From positions 41,168,001 to 41,232,000 of the forward strand of contig OZ336872.1 of the NCBI GenBank assembly GCA_965287045.1: a stretch of DNA of 64,000 nucleotides. The letters are read 5' to 3'. The stretch comes from Carcharhinus amblyrhynchos (lineage: Eukaryota). Each line of letters begins with the position of its first letter. Within the stretch, counting starts at the first letter, position 1. The notes beneath the pieces are model-generated. The model was not told where the DNA came from. It worked only from the letters and a program-made list of their open reading frames with translations, and did no database searches. The translations under genes and the position numbers were made by a program. Below, piece after piece: positions 62,329-64,000 of the stretch.

Positions 62329-62899
62329 GTAATCGTAAAATTATTTTGTATGGATAATATTGGGTTAGAAGTTTAAAAAGTAAATAATTTCACCAAGTAT
62401 GATCAACTTAAACATGGAGCTCAGTTGTTTCTTTTCAATTCAGGTTTTAAAATCTTCATGCATTTTGTGCCTTTTTTGCAGTTTGATAAAATGGTTGTGA
62501 CTTTTATGTTAATTAATTGTATTTTGTCTCTTTGAACTACAAAGATGTGAAATTTGTGAAAGGTTAAAATCAAATGTGTGCACTTGTGGAGACACAAAGG
62601 TGAAAATGTCTGTTATGGCACAACATACCTCAATATATTTCAGAGAAAATAGCGTAGTAAGTGCCACCAAATAGATCAGTCAACATACAGAAAAGGAACA
62701 GCATTTCTCTTTTATTTTAACTATCAAAAAATAATGATTGAAGCTGTCTCAGGATTTTAGGCATCAATAAACATTGTGTTCCTTATGACTGTGTTATCCG
62801 CGTTGCAAATCTCAGTGTTACATATGATATATCTATTAATATACCAGGACTGGTACAGTTGGCTGTCTGAAGGTGTTGCCTTATATTTTATTTATTTCA

Positions 62900-63190
62900 T
62901 TTGTTTATTAATGGTACAGGTAAGCTTACATTAACACTGCAATGAAGTTACTGTGAAAATCCCCTTGTCACCACACTTTGGCACCTGCTCGGGTACATTG
63001 AGAGAGAACTTAGCATGGCCAATGCCTCTAACCAGTACGCCTTTTAGACAGTGGGAGGAAACAGAGGACCTGGAGGAAACCCACGTAGGCATGGAGAGAA
63101 CGTGCAGACTCTGTATAGTGACCTAAGCTGGGTATCGAACCCGTATCCCTGGCACTGTAAGACAGCAGTGCTAACCGCTGTGCACAGCGT
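62900..63190 (-). mobile_element. HE1/V-SINE-type SINE
   Basis: Collinear with 16348-16640 ('gcttacattaacactgcaatgaagttactgtgaaaatcccc...gacctaagctgggtatcgaacc'). Confidence 0.85.
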
Positions 63191-63334
63191 AATAATTTAC
63201 ACTGTTAAAAAATCTACTGTCAAGAAGTGTAAAAGTATGATGTAATTACTCTTTGCATTCTACTGTATGATCAACAGTTACCTGACCAAACCATTCCAAG
63301 CAGTTTGACATAAGAAGTGAGGAAGTATTGGGGG

Positions 63335-64000
63335 TTTTGATGGGTTTAAAAATGACTAACCCCAGGCCTGGATGACTTGCATCCCAGGCTGCTGTGGGAG
63401 GCAACACAGAGAATTACAGAGTTTGGATGCAAATTTTCAATTCCTGTCTAGCCACACGGTAAGTATCAAAGTACTAGAGGACAGCTAATGTAGTTCCACT
63501 TTTCAAGGAGGGTAGTAGAGATGAACAAGGGAAATACAGACTGGTGACTGTCTTGGCAGTGCTCGGGAAACTATTGGAGAAAATTCTGAAGGAGAAAATT
63601 AATCTGTACTTGGAAAGGCATTGGTTAAGTAGGGATAGTCAGCGTGGTTTTGTCAGAGGCAGGTCTTGCCTGTCAAATTTGATGGAATGTTTTGAAAAAG
63701 TGATGAAGTGTGTGGATGAGCAAAGTGCAGTTGTGGTTTATGTGGATTTTGGCAAGGTCCCAAATGAAAGACTGATTGAGGAGGTTGAAGCACATGGAAT
63801 TCAAGGTAACTTGATGAGAGGGACCTGAAACTGCTTTAGTAATGGACACAAAGCATGATGGTATAAAGGTGTTTGAGTGACTGAAGGCCAGTATTCATTG
63901 GCATACCACAAGATTCACTGCTAGGTCCCTTATTGTTTGGTACATACGTACATGATATAAATGATGATGTTGGGGGAATGTTGGTGGTAAATAGTGAAGA
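63335..64000 (+). mobile_element. Degenerate CR1 RT fragment (runs off the window)
   Basis: 'PGLDDLHPRLLWE', 'ANVVPLFKEG', 'SQRGFVRGRSCLSNL', 'VYVDFGK', 'GIPQDSLLGPLLF'. Confidence 0.88.

Noticed and set aside
1-64000. CRISPR arrays, operons or other prokaryotic systems
   Set aside because: The sequence is vertebrate intronic DNA; no regularly spaced repeats or dense gene clusters.

Overview
AT-rich, repeat-dense vertebrate DNA. The repeat set (HE1/V-SINE-type and DeuSINE SINEs, CR1, L2, Rex1, Penelope, Gypsy, Harbinger-like MITEs) points to a cartilaginous fish, probably a shark. The only host gene I can support is MITF on the + strand. It shows a melanocyte-type (M) promoter with a perfect CRE and a TATA box, a short exon 1M (61341-61364, MLELNHYK) and the 228-nt coding exon 2 (62101-62328). 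The upstream ~61 kb is most likely intron of the longer MITF isoforms, and exon B1b is not visible. The least expected items are: (1) a full-length but divergent U2 snRNA-like retroposed element with an A-rich tail and target-site duplication, lacking the branch-point recognition sequence; (2) an antisense pseudogene fragment of CYHR1/ZFTRAF1 missed by the ORF track; (3) several Penelope-derived minimal hammerhead ribozyme motifs; (4) an exon 1M whose first Met codon is ATA; (5) templated inversions and rearrangements inside retroelements. I see no evidence of a multi-gene novel system. Family assignments rest on recalled motifs, not database searches, and repeat boundaries are approximate.
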